The position numbers and the translations under genes are program-made. Under the pieces are notes generated by a model that worked only from the letters and a program-made list of their open reading frames with translations, had not been told where the DNA came from and ran no database searches. 64,000 nt of DNA from an uncultured Candidatus Saccharibacteria bacterium. Its GTDB lineage: Bacteria; Patescibacteriota; Minisyncoccia; Sungbacterales; JACQCQ01. Numbering within the stretch: the first letter of the stretch is position 1; the number at the start of each line of letters is the position of its first letter. Positions 23,058 to 32,491 of the stretch are shown here, in pieces. The stretch is from the NCBI GenBank assembly GCA_964494945.1, contig CAZBTX010000001.1, positions 3,088 through 67,087 of the forward strand, written 5' to 3'.

Positions 23058-23080
23058 CGTGCCGGCCAGCGGATTTGTGG

Positions 23081-23125
23081 GCGGCCTCGCCATCGGGCGA
23101 GGCCGCCTCTTCTTTTTGTTTTTTT
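23081..23125 (+). terminator. Terminator GGCGGCCTCGCC...GGCGAGGCCGCC followed by a T-run
   Basis: Perfect GC stem and TCTTCTTTTTGTTTTTTTG tail. Confidence 0.7.
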
Positions 23126-23292
23126 GTGCATGAAATGGCCTGTTTAGAAAACCATTTTTACTTTACTGGTAAACCGATTGCAAAAATACGGTTTTTATTG
23201 TATTTTCAAGATAAGTAGCAGTCCTTTGATGTGCTGGTCTTCAAGTGGGGACCTAACATAAATTTCGCAGGATCTGGAAAGAGAGGTGAGTC

Positions 23293-23658
23293 ATGAAGAG
23301 GTTCGTCGCCGTACTTCTCGTCGTCATCGCTGTCGCGATGCTGGCCGGGCCGGTCGAGGCGCACCGCCACCACTGGGGCGGCCACCACCACTGGGGTGGT
23401 TCGTACTGGTGGGGACCCGGTCCCTACTGGGCTCCAAACCCCCTCTGGGCACTGCCGTATTACGTTCCGCCGCCCGTCGTGCGGGAGAGGGTCATCGTCG
23501 TTCCGGCCCCACAAGAGGAGCCGCAGACCTACGTCCAGCAACAGTCGCCGCCCGTGCAGTACTACTGGCACTTCTGCCGAAGTGCGAATGGGTACTACCC
23601 CTACGTGCCAACGTGTCCGGAAGCGTGGGAGCGAATCCCAACACAACCGCCTAAGTAG
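23293..23658 (+). CDS. Secreted His/Pro/Trp-rich small protein with a C-terminal YYWHFC...YYPYVPTCPEAW motif
   Basis: Signal peptide. HRHHWGGHHHWGG repeat. The C-terminal aromatic/Cys motif is recalled from proteobacterial periplasmic proteins. Confidence 0.4.
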   Translation: MKRFVAVLLVVIAVAMLAGPVEAHRHHWGGHHHWGGSYWWGPGPYWAPNPLWALPYYVPPPVVRERVIVVPAPQEEPQTYVQQQSPPVQYYWHFCRSANGYYPYVPTCPEAWERIPTQPPK

Positions 23659-23680
23659 CGGCTAGAGAGGAGGTACGGAG

Positions 23681-24235
23681 ATGTTGAGAAAAAGCGCCAC
23701 GAGGGCTGTTGCTCTTCTCTTGCTTGCGGTCTTCGCCGCCGGTTGCGTATCGCTGCCGCGCGAGGGTCCGTCCAATCCTGCCTTGATGGGACATGGGAAG
23801 AATGTCGCCCAGTACTACCAGGACGACCAGAACTGCCGAAATCTGGCGCTGGCAAGAGTCGGAAAGTCGCCGCAGGAAGCCGCCAACGAAAGTCAGGTGG
23901 CAAGCACTATCATCGGTACTATCATCGGTGCGGCGGTGGGTGCGGCGATTGGCGCCGCCACTGGTAACGCCGGTGCTGGCGCTGCCATAGGCGCTGGCAC
24001 TGGTTTCGTCGGAGGCACAGCAGCTGGCGCAAGCGCTGCCGCCGAGTCGGCAGTTGCCTACCAGCGGCGGTACGATGCAGAATACAACGTCTGCATGTAC
24101 AACGCCGGTCACCAGGTCCTAGGGCGTCAGGCGGTTCCGCAGTACGCGCCGCCGCCCTCACCTCCTCCGGGTTATGCGCCCCCGCCTCCTCCCGGTACAC
24201 CGCCACCGCCCCCTCCGGGAGTTCTGCCCCGGTGA
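23681..24235 (+). CDS. Lipoprotein with a glycine-zipper domain (SlyB / 17-kDa-antigen-like) and a proline-rich tail
   Basis: Lipobox LAVFAAGC. IIGTIIGAAVGAAIGAATGNAGAGAAIGAGTG is a GxxxG zipper. C-terminal PPPxP repeats. Confidence 0.55.
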   Translation: MLRKSATRAVALLLLAVFAAGCVSLPREGPSNPALMGHGKNVAQYYQDDQNCRNLALARVGKSPQEAANESQVASTIIGTIIGAAVGAAIGAATGNAGAGAAIGAGTGFVGGTAAGASAAAESAVAYQRRYDAEYNVCMYNAGHQVLGRQAVPQYAPPPSPPPGYAPPPPPGTPPPPPPGVLPR

Positions 24236-24293
24236 ACGCTGGTCTCGCAAGAGTCCATGGCGGGGTGCAAGTGAGAATCATTCGAAGGCCGTC

Positions 24294-24347
24294 GCGGCCG
24301 GGCAGATGTAGTTGCTCTACATCTCGCCCGGCCGCTCTTTGTTTTTT
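24294..24347 (+). terminator. Terminator GCGGCCGGGCAGATGTAG...CTACATCTCGCCCGGCCGC followed by a T-run
   Basis: Long GC-rich perfect inverted repeat, read directly. Confidence 0.6.
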
Positions 24348-24408
24348 AAGTAGCAACCGCAAGTTTATCGTGATAAAATGCCTACAGTACGAATAATTTC
24401 TGGATATT

Positions 24409-25806
24409 ATGCAAAGGACGCTAACTCAAGAAACACCGGATAAAAAAGGGGAGACCGTTACCATAAAAGGCTGGGTGGACGGCAGGCGCGACCACGGAAA
24501 AATAATCTTTATTGACTTACGCGACCGCACAGGCCTTGTGCAGGTTGTTTTTACTCCCGCGGGCGGAGAAGTTTACGACCTGGCGAATCAGCTAAGGGAC
24601 GAATGGGTGGTGGAGATCAAGGGAGTTGTCGCCAAGCGCCCGGAAAATATGCGAAATCCCGAATTAGCCACGGGCGAAATTGAACTGCAGGCATCCGAAC
24701 TCCGCGTTTTGAACCAGTCCCAGACGCCGCCCTTCCCCATTCACGGCGACGGACGCGAAATTGAAGAGGAGTTGCGTTTGAAATATCGTTACTTGGATTT
24801 GCGAAGAAGTCGGCTTCAGAAGAATTTAAGATTGCGGCATGAAATCATCCTCTTTTTGCGGAATTACTTGACTAAAGCGGGGTTTGTGGAAGTGGAAACG
24901 CCGATCCTGACCAAGGGCACGCCCGAGGGGGCGCGCGAATATGTCGTGCCCTCGCGCATTTATCCTGGGAATTTCTATGTTTTGCCCCAGTCTCCCCAGC
25001 AGTATAAACAGCTTCTGATGGTGGCGGGCTTGGAGAAATATTTTCAGATCGCCCGATGTTTTCGCGACGAGGACCAAAGAGGCGACAGACAGCCAGAATT
25101 TACTCAATTGGATCTCGAAATGAGTTTTGTAACCCAAGAAGATGTTTTAAAACTTGGAGAAGAACTTATGAGCGCCTTAGTTAGCGCCGTGATGCCGCAT
25201 AAGAAAATCTCCCAGATGCCCTGGCCGCGCCTGACGTATAAAGAAGCCATGGATAAATTCGGCACCGACAAACCCGACTTGCGGCGCGACAAAAATGATC
25301 CGGATGAACTGGCGTTTTGCTGGATTCACGATTTTCCCATGTTTGAGAAGAACGAGGACGGCGAGATCCAAACCGTACATCATCCCTTTACGCGGCCGCA
25401 TCCGGAAGATGAGGCGCGGCTTGAACCCGATCCTTTAGGCGTCCGGGCCCTGGCCTATGATATCGTTTTGAACGGATATGAAATTTCGTCAGGCAGTATT
25501 CGCGTGCATGAGAGAGCATTGCAGAACCGGATCTTTAAGATGCTGGGGCTTTCGGATGAAGAAATCCAATTAAAATTCGGCCATATGCTGGAAGCTTTCG
25601 CATACGGCGCGCCGCCCCACGGCGGGTTCGCGCCGGGGCTTGACAGGATCATCATGATACTAGCCGGTGAGCCGAATATTCCCGAAGTCATAGCTTTTCC
25701 CAAAACCGGCAACGCCCGTGACCCAATGATGGGCTCTCCGGCCCCGCTAAATCCCAAGCAACTTAAGGAACTTCATTTAAAGACAGAAAAAAAGATAGAA
25801 AAATAA
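24409..25806 (+). CDS. aspS: Aspartate--tRNA ligase, short (archaeal/non-discriminating-type) form
   Basis: N-terminal OB anticodon-binding domain and class II core motifs (FRDEDQRGDRQPEFTQLD, GGSIR). 465 aa, with no bacterial insertion domain. Confidence 0.85.
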   Translation: MQRTLTQETPDKKGETVTIKGWVDGRRDHGKIIFIDLRDRTGLVQVVFTPAGGEVYDLANQLRDEWVVEIKGVVAKRPENMRNPELATGEIELQASELRVLNQSQTPPFPIHGDGREIEEELRLKYRYLDLRRSRLQKNLRLRHEIILFLRNYLTKAGFVEVETPILTKGTPEGAREYVVPSRIYPGNFYVLPQSPQQYKQLLMVAGLEKYFQIARCFRDEDQRGDRQPEFTQLDLEMSFVTQEDVLKLGEELMSALVSAVMPHKKISQMPWPRLTYKEAMDKFGTDKPDLRRDKNDPDELAFCWIHDFPMFEKNEDGEIQTVHHPFTRPHPEDEARLEPDPLGVRALAYDIVLNGYEISSGSIRVHERALQNRIFKMLGLSDEEIQLKFGHMLEAFAYGAPPHGGFAPGLDRIIMILAGEPNIPEVIAFPKTGNARDPMMGSPAPLNPKQLKELHLKTEKKIEK

Positions 25807-25817
25807 GCATTATCTAT

Positions 25818-25840
25818 AAGTTCAATAGAATATTCTATTG
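25818..25840. promoter_or_regulatory. Operator-like site AAGTTCAATAGAATATTCTATTG containing the perfect palindrome CAATAGAATATTCTATTG
   Basis: 18-bp perfect palindrome 13 bp upstream of the ATG of the TrpR-like gene. Its inverted twin is at 26278-26299. Confidence 0.5.
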
Positions 25841-25852
25841 TACCAATTACGG

Positions 25853-26266
25853 ATGCCTAAGGTTTCCCGCAATATATTATCAGAAGAAGTGCATCATCAG
25901 ATAATGGATGGGCTGGTTAGAAGTTTTGCCAGAACCAGCGACGAAGCCAAAATTAAGAAGTTCATGAATGATCCATTTACCCCCACAGAAAAAATCATGT
26001 TAGCCAAACGGCTTATGGCGTCTGTGCTTTTACAAAGAGGATATGGGTATTTGGCGATTTGTCGGATGCTTAAGCTTAGCAAGGCGACTGTAAACTTCAT
26101 TAAACGCGACATTGAGCGTTCCGGAGAAGGATACCGCTTGATTTATGAGAGTATTTTTAAGGAGAAGGGAAGTCGCTTGAATAAATGGCTTGAGGCATTG
26201 CGTTTACCTATGAAGGGATCACGCCGTGACATGCGCCGCTGGAAAAAGGCTCTTTACGAGCTTTGA
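25853..26266 (+). CDS. TrpR-related (YerC/YecD-family) small DNA-binding protein
   Basis: FTPTEKIMLAKRLMASVLLQRGYGYLAICRMLKLSKATV is the Trp-repressor-like HTH pattern. A paralog is at 39813-40235. Confidence 0.6.
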   Translation: MPKVSRNILSEEVHHQIMDGLVRSFARTSDEAKIKKFMNDPFTPTEKIMLAKRLMASVLLQRGYGYLAICRMLKLSKATVNFIKRDIERSGEGYRLIYESIFKEKGSRLNKWLEALRLPMKGSRRDMRRWKKALYEL

Positions 26267-26277
26267 GCTAAAGGTAT

Positions 26278-26299
26278 GATAGAATATTCTATTGAACTT
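26278..26299. promoter_or_regulatory. Inverted twin GATAGAATATTCTATTGAACTT of the site at 25818
   Basis: Shares ATAGAATATTCTATTGAACTT, the reverse complement of the upstream site. Immediately upstream of scpA. Confidence 0.45.
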
Positions 26300-26301
26300 A
26301 T

Positions 26302-27024
26302 ATGAGGCCGAAGTATTACGTAAAGCAGGAAAAGTTTGAAGGTCCGTTGGACCTTCTTTTGGAGTTGATAACCAAGGAAAAACTTCCGATAAACGAGATT
26401 TCTCTTTCCAGTGTCACCGAAGAATATTTGGCGGAAGTGAAAAAGATGGAAACGATTGACCAGGAAGCGCTGGCCGAATTCTTGGTGATAGCGGCCCAGC
26501 TTATGCTTTTAAAATCCAGATCGCTTCTACCGCATCTGGCCTTGTCGGAAGAGGAAGAAGAATCCATTAGCGACCTGGAAAGACGTTTGCAAGAATATGC
26601 CAAGATCAAAGAACTTGCCAAAGAGCTGAAATTTATAGAGAGTCGGGGTAATCACATTTTTTCACGTGAGCCGTATCTTGGGTTACCTGTGGTATTTTAT
26701 CCGCCACCGGGGCTTAGAGCAGGCGTTCTCGCGTTCATTTTCCAGACGCTTTTGGCGGCCATCCCCGCCGTAAAGTCGCTGGCCGAAGAAAAAATAAAGA
26801 GAGTAATTTCACTGGAAGAAAAGATACGTGAGATCCAGTCGCTGCTGACGGCCAAAGTTGAGCGGGTATTCTCGGATATCATAAAAGGCAGCAAGGAAAA
26901 AATTGAAGTAGTGGTATCTTTTCTCGCCATTTTGGAATTGGCCAAACAAAAGCTTATCTCGCTGCACCAAGATGAGGCCTTCAATGATATTATGATAAGA
27001 GCCAACAGCCATGAAAAACCTTAA
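26302..27024 (+). CDS. scpA: Segregation and condensation protein A
   Basis: YYVKQEKFEGPLDLLLELI N-terminal ScpA signature. Overlaps scpB downstream. Confidence 0.8.
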   Translation: MRPKYYVKQEKFEGPLDLLLELITKEKLPINEISLSSVTEEYLAEVKKMETIDQEALAEFLVIAAQLMLLKSRSLLPHLALSEEEEESISDLERRLQEYAKIKELAKELKFIESRGNHIFSREPYLGLPVVFYPPPGLRAGVLAFIFQTLLAAIPAVKSLAEEKIKRVISLEEKIREIQSLLTAKVERVFSDIIKGSKEKIEVVVSFLAILELAKQKLISLHQDEAFNDIMIRANSHEKP

Positions 27025-27562
27025 ATCCAAAATTGAAAGCATCTTATTTTTGGCGGGCGAGCCGATGGCTTTGGCTCGTTTGGCAAAGATCGTTAAAGAA
27101 AAACCTAATGCCGTAGAAGCAGCGCTTAAAGAACTGGAACGCGAGTACAATGAGCGAGGTATCAGGATATTGCGCCATGACGGCGAATGGCAGTTAGGCA
27201 CCGCTCCAGAAAATGCGCCGGTTCTGGAGGATTTGGTGAAGAGCGAGTTTACCGAAGAGCTTTCCCGCGCGGCACTGGAAACTATCTCTGTCATCGCTTA
27301 TAAGGGGCCTATGACGAGGGCCGAAATTGAGCATATCCGTGGAGTGAATTCGTCATTTTCCTTGCGCAACTTGTTGCTTAGGGGCTTGGTGGAAAGAATT
27401 GAAAATCCCAAAGATGCCCGGTCTTATTTATATAACGTCAGCATGGATTTTCTGAAATATCTGGGCCTCGCTAACCGCGAAGCCCTACCGGAGTGGCGAA
27501 CTCTTAAAGAAGCAAAAACTCCCCAAATTGATGAGGTCGCGAATAAAGACGCGGCCGGGTAA
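27011..27562 (+). CDS. scpB: Segregation and condensation protein B
   Basis: IESILFLAGEP...ALETISVIAYKGPMTRAEIEHIRGV is the ScpB winged-helix pattern. Confidence 0.8.
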   Translation: MKNLKSKIESILFLAGEPMALARLAKIVKEKPNAVEAALKELEREYNERGIRILRHDGEWQLGTAPENAPVLEDLVKSEFTEELSRAALETISVIAYKGPMTRAEIEHIRGVNSSFSLRNLLLRGLVERIENPKDARSYLYNVSMDFLKYLGLANREALPEWRTLKEAKTPQIDEVANKDAAG

Positions 27563-28508
27563 ACCAAATATGCCAAATTTTAAATTATGGCTTCCCGCGT
27601 TTGTTTTTCTGACGTCTTTGCTAGGAACGTCAATTTGGATAAGTCAAAAAGAGCGGGAACTTAATCTTAAAAATTCCGGGGCGGCAATTTATAATCCCGT
27701 ACCAGTAGCTACTGGAAAACATTCATTGCCGACATTGAATACAGCAGATATAAAAGCCGAAGCGTTTGTGGTCGGCACGGCATCCGGCAAGATAATTGCC
27801 GAAAAAAATAAAGACGTTAAAGTTCCAATTGCTAGTATCACTAAAATTATGACGGGGCTCCTCCTGGAAGAACGGGGGAGTGATGCCGTGATTTGGCTAA
27901 CACCTGAAGCCAAAAAAGCCAAACCGAAATTGAGCGCTTTTCCGGCCGGCACCATACTTTCCAAAGACGTAGCCGCAACGCTTCTCTTGGTTGAATCGGA
28001 CAACGACATAGCCGAGTCGATCGCTCGAACTCTCGGCATATTTTTTGATGCCAAAGTGTCGTTCCCGCGCGAGTCATTTATTAAGGGTATGAATAGAAAA
28101 GCCGTCTCACTCGGCATGCAAAATACCCATTTTGCAAATCCTACGGGCCTGGATAGTCCGGAACATTATTCCACGGCTTCCGACATATTCCGCTTGGTAC
28201 AGTACGTTTCTCAAAAATATCCTGGTTTTTGGGATCGCACCGCGAACCCGCCTGATAGTGTCGCCTCTCTTTCCGGGGCCAAAATTGACTTGACGAGTTC
28301 CAATTTGCTGGCCGGGTATCCGGGACTTATCGGCGGCAAGACCGGCCTCACCGACGAAGCGCTGGGAGCGCTGGTGCTTAAATACCGCACCGAATATTTT
28401 CCCGAGGATTTGATCATAGTCATTCTCCGGTCTGCCGACCGTTTTAAAGACGGAGAAGCGTTTTTGCGCGAAATAGAAAAAGCGTTTAAAAAGAGCATCG
28501 GCCGCTGA
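27528..28508 (+). CDS. D-alanyl-D-alanine carboxypeptidase (S11, PBP5-like). The start is probably at 27570.
   Basis: SITK (SxxK), SDN and KTG motifs in order. Confidence 0.8.
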   Translation: MMRSRIKTRPGKPNMPNFKLWLPAFVFLTSLLGTSIWISQKERELNLKNSGAAIYNPVPVATGKHSLPTLNTADIKAEAFVVGTASGKIIAEKNKDVKVPIASITKIMTGLLLEERGSDAVIWLTPEAKKAKPKLSAFPAGTILSKDVAATLLLVESDNDIAESIARTLGIFFDAKVSFPRESFIKGMNRKAVSLGMQNTHFANPTGLDSPEHYSTASDIFRLVQYVSQKYPGFWDRTANPPDSVASLSGAKIDLTSSNLLAGYPGLIGGKTGLTDEALGALVLKYRTEYFPEDLIIVILRSADRFKDGEAFLREIEKAFKKSIGR

Positions 28509-28577
28509 CGCTTCACGTCCGGCTTGATTTTACGTATCTCGCCATAAATTTTAGAGCAAGGTATAATAAGCCCATAA

Positions 28578-29663
28578 TTGGGCGTATTTATGGGCGGAGA
28601 ACGAGAACTCATTTTAAACGTGTTGAAGGTCTTTGGATTGGCTGCTTTTGCCTTTTTGGTTGCCATGGCTTGGACGCCGGTGCTCACGAATTTTCTTTAC
28701 AAGCATCGTCTGTGGAGGAAGAAAGCCAGAACTCACTCTCCCGACGGCACCACGACACCGATCTTTAATTCGATGCACAAGGAGAAGGAAGTTTCGGTGC
28801 CGCGGCTCGGCGGCCTTTTAATTTGGGGAACGACGCTCGGAATTACTCTGGGGTTTTGGCTTTTAACATATTTTACGGATATACCGCTTTTGGGAAAGAT
28901 GAATTTTCTTTCGCGAAATCAGACCTGGTTGCCGCTTTTCACGCTGGTGGCCGCTTCGCTTTTAGGGTTGGCCGACGACATTTTGCAAATTTACGAACGC
29001 GGAGGATACATCGCCGGGGGCGTGCCTTATCGCATACGTTTGGCCTTAGTCGCGCTGATAGGTGTCGCGGGCGGATGGTGGTTCCACTATAAATTGGGAT
29101 TCTCCGCGCTATATGTTCCGTTTCTCGGCGACATTCCCATTGACGGTCTTTATATACCTCTTTTTGTGATAGTCATGGTTGCGATGTTTTCTTCAAGCGT
29201 GATTGATGGATTGGACGGCCTGGCGGGCGGCGTTTTTGCTTCCATTTTTGCCGCTTTTGGAGGCATAGCGTTTTTTCAGAATCAGATAGACCTGGCGGCT
29301 TTCTCGGCCGTGATGCTGGGGTCTCTTTTGGCCTTCCTTTGGTTCAATATTCCGCCGGCGCGGTTTTACATGGGAGAGACGGGTAGCTTGGGGCTGGTCG
29401 CGGTCATTACGGTGCTGGCGTTTCTCACCAATTCCGTGATCGTTCTTCCCATCATCGGCTTATTGCTGGTGGTGGAATCGCTTTCGGTAATTTTGCAGTT
29501 CGCTTCTAAAAAGTTCAGAGGCAAGAAAGTATTTCTAGTGGCACCCATTCATCACCACTTTGAAGCCAAGGGCTGGCCGGCCTATAAAGTTACCATGCGT
29601 TTTTGGGTGGTGAGCGTGGTATTTGCCATTATTGGGATGGTCATAGCCCTGGTCGGCAGGTAA
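28578..29663 (+). CDS. mraY: Phospho-N-acetylmuramoyl-pentapeptide transferase
   Basis: Multi-TM protein. DD-x2-D motif region (GLADDILQ) and the PIHHHFE-like C-terminal motif. Confidence 0.85.
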   Translation: MGVFMGGERELILNVLKVFGLAAFAFLVAMAWTPVLTNFLYKHRLWRKKARTHSPDGTTTPIFNSMHKEKEVSVPRLGGLLIWGTTLGITLGFWLLTYFTDIPLLGKMNFLSRNQTWLPLFTLVAASLLGLADDILQIYERGGYIAGGVPYRIRLALVALIGVAGGWWFHYKLGFSALYVPFLGDIPIDGLYIPLFVIVMVAMFSSSVIDGLDGLAGGVFASIFAAFGGIAFFQNQIDLAAFSAVMLGSLLAFLWFNIPPARFYMGETGSLGLVAVITVLAFLTNSVIVLPIIGLLLVVESLSVILQFASKKFRGKKVFLVAPIHHHFEAKGWPAYKVTMRFWVVSVVFAIIGMVIALVGR

Positions 29664-29667
29664 ACAT

Positions 29668-31236
29668 ATGTTGGATCTGATTATCAGAGACGGAACTATC
29701 ATTGATGGCACGGGCAGGGCTGGATTTTCAGCCGATGTCGGCGTAAAAGATGGGCTCATTAGCGAGATAAGGAACTTAAACGAGGTCAAAGCGGAAAAAA
29801 TCATTGAAGCGGGTGGGCGATATGTGACTCCCGGTTTTATTGACATCACCAACCACTCCGACGTCACAGCGGCCATATTTCAGGCACCCCTGATGGAAAA
29901 TTTAATGCGTCAGGGCATTACCACGATTATCGGCGGGAACTGCGGTGTGTCTTTGGCGCCCTTAACGGACCCGGACGTGATACACGGCATCAGAAAATGG
30001 GTTCAAACCTCGTCAATCAACGTTAATTGGCTCACGGTAGGGGAGTACTTGGCTCAAATAGAGAGTTTGGGTATTGGCATAAATTTTGGGACGCTGGTAG
30101 GTCATGGCACGATACGCCGAGGCGTTACGCATGATGCCGTTCGTCCCTTAAAACTGGAAGAGTTAGCCAAAGTAAAACTCATGCTGCAAGACGCTATCCG
30201 CCAGGGCGCTTTGGGATTCTCCACCAATCTTGCAAGTTCCCATGAGCTTCACGCTACCACCGAAGAACTAATAGAGATGGCGCGCGTGCTTGCAACCGAG
30301 GGCGGTGTTTATAAGACCCACTTAAGAGATGAAGGAGCCAATTTAATATCGGCGGTCAATGAAGCACTCCGTATCGGCGCTGAAGCCGGGGCGCCGGTCA
30401 TCATATCTCATTTAAAAGCCATAGGCAGGCAATCTTGGCCTCTCATGAAACGTGCCGTCAAAATGATAGAAACGGATTCCAAAAGCGGGCATAAAGTCAT
30501 GTTTGACATTTCTCCTTACCGCACCACCGGCTCGCAGCTTTATATGTTGTTGCCGGCATGGGCGCGCGAAGGCGGATTTTCTGCCATGTTGCCGCGACTT
30601 CGCGACGCCACCTTAAGACCTAGAATTGTCGCTGATTTAAAGGCGTTATCTTTGCATTTCGGTAAATTCTGGGTGTCTGAAGCCGAGGACGGTTTAAGTA
30701 CGGGGAAAACGCTAGAAGCTCTGGCCGAGAAGATGGGTACGGACCCGCACGAGACGGTATTGGAACTTTTGATCGCCAATCGCGGCCGCGTCTCTATTAT
30801 TGGAAAAACACTTCATCCCAAGAACGTTGAAATAGGCATAAAAAGCGCTTTTAGTATGGTTGCTTCCAACGGCAGCGCTTATGATATGGCCGCCATACCT
30901 CTGGATTTCCCGCATCCGAGGTCTTTCGGCTCTTTTCCGCATTTCCTGCACGTTTACACGAGGGACAAGCAAATTCTTTCCTGGGAAGACGCGGTCATGA
31001 AAATAACTTCAGCGCCCGCAGAAGCAATGAGGATTAAGAATCGCGGTAAGATCCTTAAAAATTATGCAGCCGATATGGTCGTGCTTAACCCTGATACCAT
31101 TTGTGATGAAGCGACGTATAAGAATCCTTTCCGCGTTCCCGAAGGCATTGATGCCGTGGTAGTTAATGGAGGAGTCGCGCTGGAAAAAGGACAAACTGCG
31201 GGTATTCGTAAGGGTAAGATAATACGCAATTCGTAA
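29668..31236 (+). CDS. N-acyl-D-amino-acid deacylase (D-aminoacylase) family amidohydrolase
   Basis: LIIRDGTIIDGTG...PGFIDITNHSD is a metal-binding amidohydrolase start. Length and pattern are typical of D-aminoacylases. Confidence 0.7.
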   Translation: MLDLIIRDGTIIDGTGRAGFSADVGVKDGLISEIRNLNEVKAEKIIEAGGRYVTPGFIDITNHSDVTAAIFQAPLMENLMRQGITTIIGGNCGVSLAPLTDPDVIHGIRKWVQTSSINVNWLTVGEYLAQIESLGIGINFGTLVGHGTIRRGVTHDAVRPLKLEELAKVKLMLQDAIRQGALGFSTNLASSHELHATTEELIEMARVLATEGGVYKTHLRDEGANLISAVNEALRIGAEAGAPVIISHLKAIGRQSWPLMKRAVKMIETDSKSGHKVMFDISPYRTTGSQLYMLLPAWAREGGFSAMLPRLRDATLRPRIVADLKALSLHFGKFWVSEAEDGLSTGKTLEALAEKMGTDPHETVLELLIANRGRVSIIGKTLHPKNVEIGIKSAFSMVASNGSAYDMAAIPLDFPHPRSFGSFPHFLHVYTRDKQILSWEDAVMKITSAPAEAMRIKNRGKILKNYAADMVVLNPDTICDEATYKNPFRVPEGIDAVVVNGGVALEKGQTAGIRKGKIIRNS

Positions 31237-31240
31237 CGCG

Positions 31241-32335
31241 ATGAGGTCAAGTTACGCTTTTAAAGAAAAATGGTTGCTTGTGATAACCGCCGTGCTTTTG
31301 GTCGGCGGGCTTTTTTTGGTGTCTTCGGCCTCTGTCGCATTTTCACAGCGGCTTTACGGTTCAATTTCTTTTATCGCTTTTCGCCAGTTGCTTTGGGCGT
31401 TGGTTGGGCTTGCGGCGTTTTTTACAGTGCAGCTGATACCCTATAAAGTTTGGAAATGGTCAGCCCCCTTTTTATTTTTGCTGTCATTGATATTGCTTTC
31501 GGCTGTTTTTTTGCCCGATATCGGCTTTGAATTAAAGGGGGCTCACCGCTGGATACAGATCGGCTCATTTAATTTCCAGCCATCGGAAATCGCCAAACTT
31601 TGTCTTGTTATCTTTCTGGCTTGGTGGTTAGACAGGCAAAAGGGACGGGCAGCCACGATGCGATATGGAGCGCTTCCATTTCTTGGTATTATGGTTGTGG
31701 TCGGTGTTTTGATTATTAAAGAGCCGGATTTGGGGACTCTCGGCGTTATATCCGCCACAGGCCTTCTCATGTTTTTTGCCGGCGGCGGCAAGTTGACGCA
31801 CCTCTTTGGACTTTTGGTTTTAGGGGTATTCGCGATACTAGCCGTTGCCTGGTTCATGCCGCATTCAGTAGATCGTCTGCGTGTTTTTTGGGATTCCAGC
31901 GTAGACCCCGGCGGCATTGGCTATCAGGTGCGCCAGGCGTCCATCGGCATCGGCTCGGGCGGTTTCTGGGGTGTCGGGTACGGGGAGTCACGCCAAAAAG
32001 AAGGATACTTGCCTGAACCCATTGGGGATTCAATTTTTGCGGTAGTCGCCGAGGAGTTCGGGTTTCTGGGGGCGAGTGCGGTCGTCATAGTTTTTGTGCT
32101 CCTTTTGTGGCGCGGAATAATTATAGCCAAAAACGCCCCGGATACGTTCGCTAAACTCTTGGCTTTGGGTATTACGGGCACAATAGTCATCCAGGCCTTT
32201 ATTAACATAGGAGCTATTTCCGGCCTTTTGCCGCTGACCGGCATACCTTTACCCTTTATTTCATACGGCGGCACGGCCTTGGCGGTCAATTTAGCGGGAC
32301 TTGGAATGGTCTATCAGATAGCCAAGCACTCTTAA
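31241..32335 (+). CDS. ftsW: Peptidoglycan glycosyltransferase FtsW/RodA (SEDS family)
   Basis: 10-TM SEDS pattern. Its position between mraY and murG argues for FtsW. Confidence 0.8.
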   Translation: MRSSYAFKEKWLLVITAVLLVGGLFLVSSASVAFSQRLYGSISFIAFRQLLWALVGLAAFFTVQLIPYKVWKWSAPFLFLLSLILLSAVFLPDIGFELKGAHRWIQIGSFNFQPSEIAKLCLVIFLAWWLDRQKGRAATMRYGALPFLGIMVVVGVLIIKEPDLGTLGVISATGLLMFFAGGGKLTHLFGLLVLGVFAILAVAWFMPHSVDRLRVFWDSSVDPGGIGYQVRQASIGIGSGGFWGVGYGESRQKEGYLPEPIGDSIFAVVAEEFGFLGASAVVIVFVLLLWRGIIIAKNAPDTFAKLLALGITGTIVIQAFINIGAISGLLPLTGIPLPFISYGGTALAVNLAGLGMVYQIAKHS

Positions 32336-32369
32336 CAAATTCGAAATTTAAAAATCCTTATACGGCCGA

Positions 32370-32490
32370 GCCGTCAGGCTGTAGGCAAAAATCAAAATGA
32401 CAAATCAAAATTCAAAAATTAAACACTCTATAATTATCCCGAAGGGATACCTTAATTTTGACTTTTGCATTTTGCCTTTTAAATTTATTG
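32370..32490. repeat. AT-rich imperfect hairpin element ending at the murG start codon, with a TCCCGAAGGGA apical hairpin; related to 19470-19564
   Basis: Shares AATCAAAATGACAAATCAAAATTCAAAAAT and TTTTGACTTTTGCATTTTGC with the pyrG-upstream element. Confidence 0.5.
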
Positions 32491-32491
32491 T

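Noticed and set aside
22001-24362. Antisense and alternative-frame ORFs across the envelope-protein island (for example 22200-22538 minus, 22605-23093 minus, 23651-24112 minus, 23922-24362 minus)
   Set aside because: Arg/Pro-rich translations with no start context. They overlap well-supported plus-strand genes that have signal peptides, RBSs and terminators.
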